Positions 26,010 through 40,600 of a stretch of DNA of 64,000 nucleotides are shown here, in pieces; the stretch's first letter is position 1; each line of letters begins with the position of its first letter. Under the pieces are notes generated by a model that worked only from the letters and a program-made list of their open reading frames with translations, was not told where the DNA came from and made no database searches. The position numbers and the translations under genes are program-made. This DNA comes from Eledone cirrhosa. Lineage: Eukaryota. The stretch spans positions 21,018,001-21,082,000 of the forward strand of contig OZ024744.1 of NCBI GenBank assembly GCA_964016885.1, read 5' to 3'.

Positions 26010-29000
26010 TTTTAACAACAGTTGAATCTTAAGATAAAACTCGTTTTAACAACAGTTGAATCTTAAGAACTTCCTCGTTTTAACAACAGCTGAATCTTAA
26101 GATAAAACTCGTTTTAACAACAGTTCAAACTTAAGAAATGACTCGTTTTAAGAAAAGTTGAATCTTATGAACTCACTCATTTTAACAACAGTTGAATCTT
26201 AAGATAACATTCGTTTTAACAACAGTTGAATCTTAAGAACTGATTCGTTTTAACAACAGTTGAATCTTAAGATAAAACTCGTTTTAACAACAGTTGAATC
26301 TTAAGAACGGACTTGTTTTAACAACAGCTGAATCTTAAGATAAAACTCGTTTTAACAACAGTTGAATCTTAAGAACTGATTCGTTTTAACAACAGTTCAA
26401 ACTTAAGAACTGATTCGTTTTAACAACAGTTGAATCTTATGAACTGACTCATTTTAACAACAGTTGAATCTTAAGATAACATTCGTTTTAACAACAGTTG
26501 AATCTTAAGAACTGACTCGTTTTAACAACAGTTGAATCTTAAGATAAAACTCGTTTTAACAACAGTTGAATCTTAAGAACTGACTCGTTTTAACGACAGC
26601 TGAATCTTAAGATAAATCTCGTTTTAACAACAGTTGAATCTTAAAGATAAAACTCGCTTTAACAACAGTTGAATCTTAAGAACTGACTCGTTTTAACAAC
26701 AGTTGAATCTTAAGACAAAACCCGTTTTAACAACAGTTGAATATTAAGAACTGTCTCGTTTTAACAACAGTTGAATGTTAAGATAAAACTCGTTTTAACA
26801 ATAGTTGTATCTTAAGAACTGACTCGTTTTAACAACAGTTGAATCTTCAAATAAAACTCGTTTTAACAACAGTTGAATCTTAAGAACTGACTCGTTTTAA
26901 CAACAGTTGAATGTTAAGATAAAACTCGTTTTAACAATAGTGGAATCTTAAGAACTGATTCGTTTTAACAACAGTTGAATCTTAAGATAAAACTCGTTTT
27001 AACAACAGTTGAATCTTAAGAACTGACTCGTTTTAACGACAGATGAATCTTAAGATAAAACTCGTTTTAACAACAGTTCAAACTTAAGAAATGACTCGTT
27101 TTAACAACAGTTGAATCTTATGAACTGACTCATTTTAACAACAGTTGAATCTTAAGAACTGATTCGTCTTAACAACAGTTGAATCTTAAGATAAAACTCG
27201 TTTTAACAACAGTTGAATCTTAAGTACTGACTCGTTTTAACAACAGCTGAATCTTAAGATAAAACTCGTTTTAACAACAGTTGATTCTTAAGAACTGACT
27301 CGTTTTAACAACAGCTGAATCTTAAGATAAAACTCGTTTTAACAACAGTTGAATCTTAAGATAAAACTCGTTTTAACAACAGTTGAATCTTAAGAACTGA
27401 CTCGTTTTAACAACAGTTGAATCTTAAGATAAAACTCGTTTTAACAACAGTTGAATCTTATGAACTAACTCATTTTAACAACAGTTGAATCTTAAGTTAA
27501 GACTCGTTTTAACAACAGTTGAATCTTAAGAACTGACTCGTTTTAACGACAGCTGAATCTTAAGATAAAACTCGTTTTAACAACAGTTTGATCTTAAGAA
27601 CTGACTCGTTTTAACAACAGTTGAATCTTACGATGAAACTCGTTTTAACAACAGTTGAATCTTATGAACTAACTCATTTTAACAACAGTTGAATCTTAAG
27701 TTAAGACTCGTTTTAACAACAGTTGAATCTTAAGAACTGACTCGTTTTAACAACAGTTGAATCTTAAGACAAAACCCGTTCTCACAACAGTTGAATCTTA
27801 AGAACTGTCTCGTTTTAACAACAGTTGAATCTTAAGATAAACCTCGTTTTAACTACAGTTTAATCTTAAGAACTGACTCGTTTTAACAACAGTTGAATCT
27901 TAAGACAAAACTCGTTTTAACAACAGTTGAATCTTAAGAACTGACTTGTTCTAACAACAGTTCAGCCTTAAGAACTGACTCGTTTTAAAACAGTTGAATC
28001 GTTAGAACTGACTCGTTTTAACAACAGTTGAATCTTAAAATAAAACTCGTTTTAACAATAGTTGAATCTCAAGAACTGACTCGTTTTAGCAACTGTTGAA
28101 TCTTAAGATAACACTCGTTTTCATAACAGTTGAATCTTAAGAACTGTCTCGTTTTAACAACAGTTGAATTTTAAGATAAACCTCGTTTTGACAACAGTTG
28201 AATCTTAAGAACTGACTCGTTTTAACAACAGTTAAATCTTAATAACTGACTCGTTTTAACAACAGTTGAATGTTAAGATAAAACTCGTTTTAACAATAGT
28301 TGAATCTTAAGAACTGACTCGTTTTAACAACAGTTGAATCTTAAGATAAAACTCGTTTTAACAACTGTTGAATTTTAAGAACTGACTCGTTTTAACAACA
28401 GCTGAATCTTAAGATAAAACTCGTTTTAACAACAGTTGAATCTTAAGAACTGACTCGTTTTAACAACAGTTGAATCTTAAGAACTGACTCGTTTTAACAA
28501 CAGTTGAATGTTAAGATAAAACTCGTTTTAACAATAGTGGAATCTTAAGAACTGACTCGTTTTAACAACAATTGAATCTTAAGATAAAACTTGTTTTAAC
28601 AACAGTTGAATCTTAAGAACTGACTCGTTTTAACAACAGCTGAATCTTAAGATAAAACTCGTTTTAACAACAGTTTAAACTTAAGAAATGACTCGTTTTA
28701 ACAAAAGTTGAATCTTATGAACTCACTCATTTTAACAACAGTTGAATCTTAAGATAACATTCGTTTTAACAACAGTTGAATCTTAAGAACTGATTCGTTT
28801 TAACAACAGTTGAATCTTAAGATAAAACTCGTTTTAACAACAGTTGAATCTTAAGAACTGACTCGTTTTAACAACAGCTGAATCTTAAGATAAAACTCGT
28901 TTTAACAACAGTTCAAACTTAAGAAATGACTCGTTTTAAGAAAAGTTGAATCTTATGAACTCACTCATTTTAACAACAGTTGAATCTTAAGATAACATTC

Positions 29001-31660
29001 GTTTTAACAACAGTTGAATCTTAAGAACTGATTCGTTTTAACAACAGTTGAATCTTAAGATAAAACTCGTTTTAACAACAGTTGAATCTTAAGAACGGAC
29101 TTGTTTTAACAACAGCTGAATCTTAAGATAAAACTCGTTTTAACAACAGTTGAATCTTAAGAACTGATTCGTTTTAACAACAGTTCAAACTTAAGAACTG
29201 ATTCGTTTTAACAACAGTTGAATCTTATGAACTGACTCATTTTAACAACAGTTGAATCTTAAGATAACATTCGTTTTAACAACAGTTGAATCTTAAGAAC
29301 TGACTCGTTTTAACAACAGTTGAATCTTAAGATAAAACTCGTTTTAACAACAGTTGAATCTTAAGAACTGACTCGTTTTAACGACAGCTGAATCTTAAGA
29401 TAAATCTCGTTTTAACAACAGTTGAATCTTAAAGATAAAACTCGCTTTAACAACAGTTGAATCTTAAGAACTGACTCGTTTTAACAACAGTTGAATCTTA
29501 AGACAAAACCCGTTTTAACAACAGTTGAATATTAAGAACTGTCTCGTTTTAACAACAGTTGAATGTTAAGATAAAACTCGTTTTAACAATAGTTGTATCT
29601 TAAGAACTGACTCGTTTTAACAACAGTTGAATCTTCAAATAAAACTCGTTTTAACAACAGTTGAATCTTAAGAACTGACTCGTTTTAACAACAGTTGAAT
29701 GTTAAGATAAAACTCGTTTTAACAATAGTGGAATCTTAAGAACTGATTCGTTTTAACAACAGTTGAATCTTAAGATAAAACTCGTTTTAACAACAGTTGA
29801 ATCTTAAGAACTGACTCGTTTTAACGACAGATGAATCTTAAGATAAAACTCGTTTTAACAACAGTTCAAACTTAAGAAATGACTCGTTTTAACAACAGTT
29901 GAATCTTATGAACTGACTCATTTTAACAACAGTTGAATCTTAAGAACTGATTCGTTTTAACAACAGTTGAATCTTAAGATAAAACTCGTTTTAACAACAG
30001 TTGAATCTTAAGTACTGACTCGTTTTAACAACAGCTGAATCTTAAGATAAAACTCGTTTTAACAACAGTTGATTCTTAAGAACTGACTCGTTTTAACAAC
30101 AGCTGAATCTTAAGATAAAACTCGTTTTAACAACAGTTGAATCTTAAGATAAAACTCGTTTTAACAACAGTTGAATCTTAAGAACTGACTCGTTTTAACA
30201 ACAGTTGAATCTTAAGATAAAACTCGTTTTAACAACAGTTGAATCTTATGAACTAACTCATTTTAACAACAGTTGAATCTTAAGTTAAGACTCGTTTTAA
30301 CAACAGTTGAATCTTAAGAACTGACTCGTTTTAACGACAGCTGAATCTTAAGATAAAACTCGTTTTAACAACAGTTGGATCTTAAGAACTGACTCGTTTT
30401 AACAACAGTTGAATCTTACGATGAAACTCGTTTTAACAACAGTTGAATCTTATGAACTAACTCATTTTAACAACAGTTGAATCTTATGAACTAACTCATT
30501 TTAACAACAGTTGAATCTTAAGTTAAGACTCGTTTTAACAACAGTTGAATCTTAAGAACTGACTCGTTTTAACAACAGTTGAATCTTAAGACAAAACCCG
30601 TTCTCACAACAGTTGAATCTTAAGAACTGTCTCGTTTTAACAACAGTTGAATCTTAAGATAAACCTCGTTTTAACAACAGTTTAATCTTAAGAACTGACT
30701 CGTTTTAACAACAGTTGAATCTTAAGACAAAACTCGTTTTAACAACAGTTGAATCTTAAGAACTGACTTGTTCTAACAACAGTTCAGCCTTAAGAACTGA
30801 CTCGTTTTAAAACAGTTGAATCGTTAGAACTGACTCGTTTTAACAACAGTTGAATCTTAAAATAAAACTCGTTTTAACAATAGTTGAATCTCAAGAACTG
30901 ACTCGTTTTAGCAACTGTTGAATCTTAAGATAACACTCGTTTTCATAACAGTTGAATCTTAAGAACTGTCTCGTTTTAACAACAGTTGAATTTTAAGATA
31001 AACCTCGTTTTGACAACAGTTGAATCTTAAGAACTGACTCGTTTTAACAACAGTTAAATCTTAATAACTGACTCGTTTTAACAACAGTTGAATGTTAAGA
31101 TAAAACTCGTTTTAACAATAGTTGAATCTTAAGAACTGACTCGTTTTAACAACAGTTGAATCTTAAGATAAAACTCGTTTTAACAACTGTTGAATCTTAA
31201 GAACTGACTCGTTTTAACAACAGCTGAATCTTAAGATAAAACTCGTTTTAACAACAGTTGAATCTTAAGAACTGACTCGTTTTAACAACAGTTGAATCTT
31301 AAGAACTGACTCGTTTTAACAACAGTTGAATGTTAAGATAAAACTCGTTTTAACAATAGTGGAATCTTAAGAACTGACTCGTTTTAACAACAATTGAATC
31401 TTAAGATAAAACTTGTTTTAACAACAGTTGAATCTTAAGAACTGACTCGTTTTAACAACAGCTGAATCTTAAGATAAAACTCGTTTTAACAACAGTTTAA
31501 ACTTAAGAAATGACTCGTTTTAACAAAAGTTGAATCTTATGAACTCACTCATTTTAACAACAGTTGAATCTTAAGATAACATTCGTTTTAACAACAGTTG
31601 AATCTTAAGAACTGATTCGTTTTAACAACAGTTGAATCTTAAGATAAAACTCGTTTTAAC
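26010..31660. repeat. Tandem duplication of an 82-83-monomer unit (~2.8 kb)
   Basis: CGGACTTG at ~26308/~29096 (offset 2788 = 82x34). AGCC marker at 27964/30786 (offset 2822 = 83x34; extra TATGAACTAACTCAT monomer near 30481). Both copies share CCCGTTCTCAC, GATGAAAC, GCAACTGTT, ACAATTG and AGTTTAAACT. Confidence 0.85.
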
Positions 31661-34600
31661 AACACGTGAATCTTAAGAACGGACTCGTTTTAACAACACA
31701 TGAATCTTAAGATAAAACTCGTTTTAACAACAGTTGAATCTTAAGAACTGATTCGTTTTAACAACAGTTCAAACTTAAGAACTGACTCGTTTTAACAACA
31801 GTTGAATCTTATGAACTGACTCATTTTAACAACAGTTGAATCTTAAGATAACATTCGTTTTAACAACAGTTGAATCTTAAGAACTGACTCGTTTTAACAA
31901 CAGTTGAATCTTAAAGATAAAACTCGTTTCGACAACAGTTGAATCTTAAGAACTGACTCGTTTTAACAACAGCTGAATCTTAAGATAAAACTCGTTTTAA
32001 CAACAGTTGAATCTTAAGATAAAACTCGTTTTAACAACAGTTGAATCTTAAGAACTGACTCGTTTTAACGACAGCTGAATCTTAAGATAAACCTCGTTTT
32101 AACAACAGTTCAAACTTAAGAAATGACTCGTTTTAACAACAGTTGAATCTTATGAACTGACTCATTTTAACAACAGTTGAATCTTAAGAACTGATTCGTT
32201 TTAACAACAGCTGAATCTTAAGATAAAACTCGTTTTAACAACAGTTGAATCTTAAGAACTGACTCGTTTTAACAACAGCTGAATCTTAAGATAAAACTCG
32301 TTTTAACAACAGTTGAATCTTAAGAACTGACTCGTTTTAACAACAGCTGAATCTTAAGATAAAACTCGTTTTAACAACAGTTGAATCTTAAGATAAAACT
32401 CGTTTTAACAACAGTTGAATCTTAAGAACTGACTCGTTTTAACAACAGTTGAATCTTAAGTTAAGACTCGTTTTAACAACAGTTGAATCTTAAGAACTGA
32501 CTCGTTTTAACGACAGCTGAATCTTAAGATAAAACTCGTTTTAACAACAGTTGGATCTTAAGAACTGACTCGTTTTAACAACAGTTGAATCTTACGATAA
32601 AACTCGTTTTAACAACAGTTGAATCTTATGAACTAACTCATTTTAACAACAGTTGAATCTTAAGTTAAGACTCGTTTTAACAACAGTTGAATCTTAAGAA
32701 CTGACTCGTTTTAACAACAGTTGAATCTTAAGATAAAACTCGTTTTAACAACAGTTGAATCTTATGAACTAACTCATTTTAACAACAGTTGAATCTTAAG
32801 TTAAGACTCGTTTTAACAACAGTTGAATCTTAAGAACTGACTCGTTTTAACGACAGCTGAATCTTAAGATAAAACTCGTTTTAACAACAGTTGGATCTTA
32901 AGAACTGACTCGTTTTAGCAACAGTTGAATCTTAAGATAACACTCGTTTTCATAACAGTTGAATCTTAAGAACTGTCTCGTTTTAACAACAGTTGAACTT
33001 TAAGATAAACCTCGTTTTGACAACAGTTGAATCTTAAGAACTGACTCGTTTTAACAACAGTTGAATGTTAAGATAAAACTCGTTTTAACAATAGTTGAAT
33101 CTTAAGATAAAACTCGTTTTAACAACAGTTCAAACTTAAGAAATGACTCGTTTTAACAACAGTTGAATCTTATGAACTGACTCATTTTAACAACAGTTGA
33201 ATCTTAAGAACTGATTCGTTTTAACAACAGTTGAATCTTAAGATAAAACTCGTTTTAACAACAGTTGAATCTTAAGAACTGACTCGTCTTAACAACAGCT
33301 GAATCTTAAGATAAAACTCGTTTTAACAACAGTTCAAACTTAAGAAATGACTCGTTTTAAGAAAAGTTGAATCTTATGAACTCACTCATTTTAACAACAG
33401 TTGAATCTTAAGATAACATTCGTTTTAACAACAGTTGAATCTTAAGAACTGATTCGTTTTAACAACAGTTGAATCTTAAGATAAAACTCGTTTTAACAAC
33501 AGTTGAATCTTAAGAACGGACTTGTTTTAACAACAGCTGAATCTTAAGATAAAACTCGTTTTAACAACAGTTGAATCTTAAGAACTGATTCGTTTTAACA
33601 ACAGTTCAAACTTAAGAACTGATTCGTTTTAACAACAGTTGAATCTTATGAACTGACTCATTTTAACAACAGTTGAATCTTAAGATAACATTCGTTTTAA
33701 CAACAGTTGAATCTTAAGAACTGACTCGTTTTAACAACAGTTGAATCTTAAGATAAAACTCGTTTTAACAACAGTTGAATCTTAAGAACTGACTCGTTTT
33801 AACGACAGCTGAATCTTAAGATAAATCTCGTTTTAACAACAGTTGAATCTTAAAGATAAAACTCGCTTTAACAACAGTTGAATCTTAAGAACTGACTCGT
33901 TTTAACAACAGTTGAATCTTAAGACAAAACCCGTTTTAACAACAGTTGAATATTAAGAACTGTCTCGTTTTAACAACAGTTGAATGTTAAGATAAAACTC
34001 GTTTTAACAATAGTTGTATCTTAAGAACTGACTCGTTTTAACAACAGTTGAATATTCAAATAAAACTCGTTTTAACAACAGTTGAATCTTAAGAACTGAC
34101 TCGTTTTAACAACAGTTGAATGTTAAGATAAAACTCGTTTTAACAATAGTGGAATCTTAAGAACTGATTCGTTTTAACAACAGTTGAATCTTAAGATAAA
34201 ACTCGTTTTAACAACAGTTGAATCTTAAGAACTGACTCGTTTTAACGACAGATGAATCTTAAGATAAAACTCGTTTTAACAACAGTTCAAACTTAAGAAA
34301 TGACTCGTTTTAACAACAGTTGAATCTTATGAACTGACTCATTTTAACAACAGTTGAATCTTAAGAACTGATTCGTTTTAACAACAGTTGAATCTTAAGA
34401 TAAAACTCGTTTTAACAACAGTTGAATCTTAAGTACTGACTCGTTTTAACAACAGCTGAATCTTAAGATAAAACTCGTTTTAACAACAGTTGATTCTTAA
34501 GAACTGACTCGTTTTAACAACAGCTGAATCTTAAGATAAAACTCGTTTTAACAACAGTTGAATCTTAAGATAAAACTCGTTTTAACAACAGTTGAATCTT

Positions 34601-37600
34601 AAGAACTGACTCGTTTTAACAACAGTTGAATCTTAAGATAAAACTCGTTTTAACAACAGTTGAATCTTATGAACTAACTCATTTTAACAACAGTTGAATC
34701 TTAAGTTAAGACTCGTTTTAACAACAGTTGAATCTTAAGAACTGACTCGTTTTAACGACAGCTGAATCTTAAGATAAAACTCGTTTTAACAACAGTTGGA
34801 TCTTAAGAACTGACTCGTTTTAACAACAGTTGAATCTTACGATGAAACTCGTTTTAACAACAGTTGAATCTTATGAACTAACTCATTTTAACAACAGTTG
34901 AATCTTAAGTTAAGACTCGTTTTAACAACAGTTGAATCTTAAGAACTGACTCGTTTTAACAACAGTTGAATCTTAAGACAAAACCCGTTCTCACAACAGT
35001 TGAATCTTAAGAACTGTCTCGTTTTAACAACAGTTGAATCTTAAGATAAACCTCGTTTTAACAACAGTTTAATCTTAAGAACTGACTCGTTTTAACAACA
35101 GTTGAATCTTAAGACAAAACTCGTTTTAACAACAGTTGAATCTTAAGAACTGACTTGTTCTAACAACAGTTCAGCCTTAAGAACTGACTCGTTTTAAAAC
35201 AGTTGAATCGTTAGAACTGACTCGTTTTAACAACAGTTGAATCTTAAAATAAAACTCGTTTTAACAATAGTTGAATCTCAAGAACTGACTCGTTTTAGCA
35301 ACTGTTGAATCTTAAGATAACACTCGTTTTCATAACAGTTGAATCTTAAGAACTGTCTCGTTTTAACAACAGTTGAATTTTAAGATAAACCTCGTTTTGA
35401 CAACAGTTGAATCTTAAGAACTGACTCGTTTTAACAACAGTTAAATCTTAATAACTGACTCGTTTTAACAACAGTTGAATGTTAAGATAAAACTCGTTTT
35501 AACAATAGTTGAATCTTAAGAACTGACTCGTTTTAACAACAGTTGAATCTTAAGATAAAACTCGTTTTAACAACTGTTGAATCTTAAGAACTGACTCGTT
35601 TTAACAACAGCTGAATCTTAAGATAAAACTCGTTTTAACAACAGTTGAATCTTAAGAACTGACTCGTTTTAACAACAGTTGAATCTTAAGAACTGACTCG
35701 TTTTAACAACAGTTGAATGTTAAGATAAAACTCGTTTTAACAATAGTGGAATCTTAAGAACTGACTCGTTTTAACAACAATTGAATCTTAAGATAAAACT
35801 TGTTTTAACAACAGTTGAATCTTAAGAACTGACTCGTTTAAACAACAGCTGAATCTTAAGATAAAACTCGTTTTAACAACAGTTTAAACTTAAGAAATGA
35901 CTCGTTTTAACAAAAGTTGAATCTTATGAACTCACTCATTTTAACAACAGTTGAATCTTAAGATAACATTCGTTTTAACAACAGTTGAATCTTAAGAACT
36001 GATTCGTTTTAACAACAGTTGAATCTTAAGATAAAACTCGTTTTAACAACACGTGAATCTTAAGAACGGACTCGTTTTAACAACACATGAATCTTAAGAT
36101 AAAACTCGTTTTAACAACAGTTGAATCTTAAGAACTGATTCGTTTTAACAACAGTTCAAACTTAAGAACTGACTCGTTTTAACAACAGTTGAATCTTATG
36201 AACTGACTCGTTTTAACAACAGTTGAATCTTAAAGATAAAACTCGTTTCGACAACAGTTGAATCTTAAGAACTGACTCGTTTTAACAACAGCTGAATCTT
36301 AAGATAAAACTCGTTTTAACAACAGTTGAATCTTAAGATAAAACTCGTTTTAACAACAGTTGAATCTTAAGAACTGACTCGTTTTAACGACAGCTGAATC
36401 TTAAGATAAAACTCGTTTTAACAACAGTTCAAACTTAAGAAATGACTCGTTTTAACAACAGTTGAATCTTATGAACTGACTCATTTTAACAACAGTTGAA
36501 TCTTAAGAACTGATTCGTTTTAACAACAGCTGAATCTTAAGATAAAACTCGTTTTAACAACAGTTGAATCTTAAGAACTGACTCGTTTTAACAACAGCTG
36601 AATCTTAAGATAAAACTCGTTTTAACAACAGTTGAATCTTAAGATAAAACTCGTTTTAACAACAGTTGAATCTTAAGAACTGACTCGTTTTAACAACAGT
36701 TGAATCTTAAGTTAAGACTCGTTTTAACAACAGTTGAATCTTAAGAACTGACTCGTTTTAACGACAGCTGAATCTTAAGATAAAACTCGTTTTAACAACA
36801 GTTGGATCTTAAGAACTGACTCATTTTAACAACAGTTGAATCTTACGATAAAACTCGTTTTAACAACAGTTGAATCTTATGAACTAACTCATTTTAACAA
36901 CAGTTGAATCTTAAGTTAAGACTCGTTTTAACAACAGTTGAATCTTAAGAACTGACTCGTTTTAACAACAGTTGAATCTTAAGATAAAACTCGTTTTAAC
37001 AACAGTTGAATCTTATGAACTAACTCATTTTAACAACAGTTGAATCTTAAGTTAAGACTCGTTTTAACAACAGTTGAATCTTAAGAACTGACTCGTTTTA
37101 ACGACAGCTGAATCTTAAGATAAAACTCGTTTTAACAACAGTTGGATCTTAAGAACTGACTCGTTTTAACAACAGTTGAATCTTACGATAAAACTCGTTT
37201 TAACAACAGTTGAATCTTATGAACTAACTCATTTTAACAACAGTTGAATCTTAAGTTAAGACTCGTTTTAACAACAGTTGAATATTAAGACAAAACCCGT
37301 TTTAACAACAGTTGAATCTTAAGAACTGTCTCGTTTTAACAACAGTTGAATCTTAAGATAAACCTCGTTTTAACAACAGTTTAATCTTAAGAACTGACTC
37401 GTTTTAACAACAGTTGAATCTTAAGACAAAACTCGTTTTAACAACAGTTGAATCTTAAGAACTGACTTGTTCTAACAACAGTTCAGCCTTAAGAACTGAC
37501 TCGTTTTAAAACAGTTGAATCGTTAGAACTGACTCGTTTTAACAACAGTTGAATCTTAAAATAAAACTCGTTTTAACAATAGTTGAATCTCAAGAACTGA

Positions 37601-40600
37601 CTCGTTTTAGCAACAGTTGAATCTTAAGATAACACTCGTTTTCATAACAGTTGAATCTTAAGAACTGTCTCGTTTTAACAACAGTTGAACTTTAAGATAA
37701 ACCTCGTTTTGACAACAGTTGAATCTTAAGAACTGACTCGTTTTAACAACATTTAAATCTTAATAACTGACTCGTTTTAACAACAGTTGAATGTTAAGAT
37801 AAAACTCGTTTTAACAATAGTTGAATCTTAAGATAAAACTCGTTTTAACAACAGTTCAAACTTAAGAAATGACTCGTTTTAACAACAGTTGAATCTTATG
37901 AACTGACTCATTTTAACAACAGTTGAATCCTAAGAACTGATTCGTTTTAAAAACAGTTGAATCTTAAGATAAAACTCGTTTTAACAACAGTTGAATCTTA
38001 AGAACTGACTCGTTTTAACAACAGCTGAATCTTAAGATAAAACTCGTTTTAACAACAGTTCAAACTTAAGAAATGACTCGTTTTAAGAAAAGTTGAATCT
38101 TATGAACTCACTCATTTTAAGAACAGTTGAATCTTAAGATAACATTCGTTTTAACAACAGTTGAATCTTAAGAACTGATTCGTTTTAACAACAGTTGAAT
38201 CTTAAGATAAAACTCGTTTTAACAACAGTTGAATCTTAAGAACGGACTTGTTTTAACAACAGCTGAATCTTAAGATAAAACTCGTTTTAACAACAGTTGA
38301 ATCTTAAGAACTGATTCGTTTTAACAACAGTTCAAACTTAAGAACTGATTCGTTTTAACAACAGTTGAATCTTATGAACTGACTCATTTTAACAACAGTT
38401 GAATCTTAAGATAACATTCGTTTTAACAACAGTTGAATCTTAAGAACTGACTCGTGTTAACAACAGTTGAATCTTAAGATAAAACTCGTTTTAACAACAG
38501 TTGAATCTTAAGAACTGACTCGTTTTAACGACAGCTGAATCTTAAGATAAATCTCGTTTTAACAACAGTTGAATCTTAAAGATAAAACTCGCTTTAACAA
38601 CAGTTGAATCTTAAGAACTGACTCGTTTTAACAACAGTTGAATCTTCAAATAAAACTCGTTTTAACAACAGTTGAATCTTAAGAACTGACTCGTTTTAAC
38701 AACAGTTGAATGTTAAGATAAAACTCGTTTTAACAATAGTGGAATCTTAAGAACTGATTCGTTTTAACAACAGTTGAATCTTAAGATAAAACTCGTTTTA
38801 ACAACAGTTGAATCTTAAGAACTGACTCGTTTTAACGACAGATGAATCTTAAGATAAAACTCGTTTTAACAACAGTTCAAACTTAAGAAATGACTCGTTT
38901 TAACAACAGTTGAATCTTATGAACTGACTCATTTTAACAACAGTTGAATCTTAAGAACTGATTCGTTTTAACAACAGTTGAATCTTAAGATAAAACTCGT
39001 TTTAACAACAGTTGAATCTTAAGTACTGACTCGTTTTAACAACAGCTGAATCTTAAGATAAAACTCGTTTTAACAACAGTTGATTCTTAAGAACTGACTC
39101 GATTTAACAACAGCTGAATCTTAAGATAAAACTCGTTTTAACAACAGTTGAATCTTAAGATAAAACTCGTTTTAACAACAGTTGAATCTTAAGAACTGAC
39201 TCGTTTTAACAACAGTTGAATCTTAAGATAAAACTCGTTTTAACAACAGTTGAATCTTATGAACTAACTCATTTTAACAACAGTTGAATCTTAAGTTAAG
39301 ACTCGTTTTAACAACAGTTGAATCTTAAGAACTGACTCGTTTTAACGACAGCTGAATCTTAAGATAAAACTCGTTTTAACAACAGTTGGATCTTAAGAAC
39401 TGACTCGTTTTAACAACAGTTGAATCTTACGATGAAACTCGTTTTAACAACAGTTGAATCTTATGAACTAACTCATTTTAACAACAGTTGAATCTTAAGT
39501 TAAGACTCGTTTTAACAACAGTTGAATCTTAAGAACTGACTCGTTTTAACAACAGTTGAATCTTAAGACAAAACCCGTTCTAACAACAGTTGAATCTTAA
39601 GAACTGTCTCGTTTTAACAACAGTTGAATCTTAAGATAAACCTCGTTTTAACAACAGTTTAATCTTAAGAACTGACTCGTTTTAACAACAGTTGAATCTT
39701 AAGACAAAACTCGTTTTAACAACAGTTGAATCTTAAGAACTGACTTGTTCTAACAACAGTTCAGCCTTAAGAACTGACTCGTTTTAAAACAGTTGAATCG
39801 TTAGAACTGACTCGTTTTAACAACAGTTGAATCTTAAAATAAAACTCGTTTTAACAATAGTTGAATCTCAAGAACTGACTCGTTTTAGCAACTGTTGAAT
39901 CTTAAGATAACACTCGTTTTCATAACAGTTGAATCTTAAGAACTGTCTCGTTTTAACAACAGTTGAATTTTAAGATAAACCTCGTTTTGACAACAGTTGA
40001 ATCTTAAGAACTGACTCGTTTTAACAACAGTTAAATCTTAATAACTGACTCGTTTTAACAACAGTTGAATGTTAAGATAAAACTCGTTTTAACAATAGTT
40101 GAATCTTAAGAACTGACTCGTTTTAACAACAGTTGAATCTTAAGATAAAACTCGTTTTAACAACTGTTGAATCTTAAGAACTGACTCGTTTTAACAACAG
40201 TTGAATGTTAAGATAAAACTCGTTTTAACAATAGTGGAATCTTAAGAACTGACTCGTTTTAACAACAATTGAATCTTAAGATAAAACTTGTTTTAACAAC
40301 AGTTGAATCTTAAGAACTGACTCGTTTTAACAACAGCTGAATCTTAAGATAAAACTCGTTTTAACAACAGTTTAAACTTAAGAAATGACTCGTTTTAACA
40401 AAAGTTGAATCTTATGAACTCACTCATTTTAACAACAGTTGTATCTTAAGATAACATTCGTTTTAACAACAGTTGAATCTTAAGAACTGATTCGTTTTAA
40501 CAACAGTTGAATCTTAAGATAAAACTCGTTTTAACAACACGTGAATCTTAAGAACGGACTCGTTTTAACAACACATGAATCTTAAGATAAAACTCGTTTT

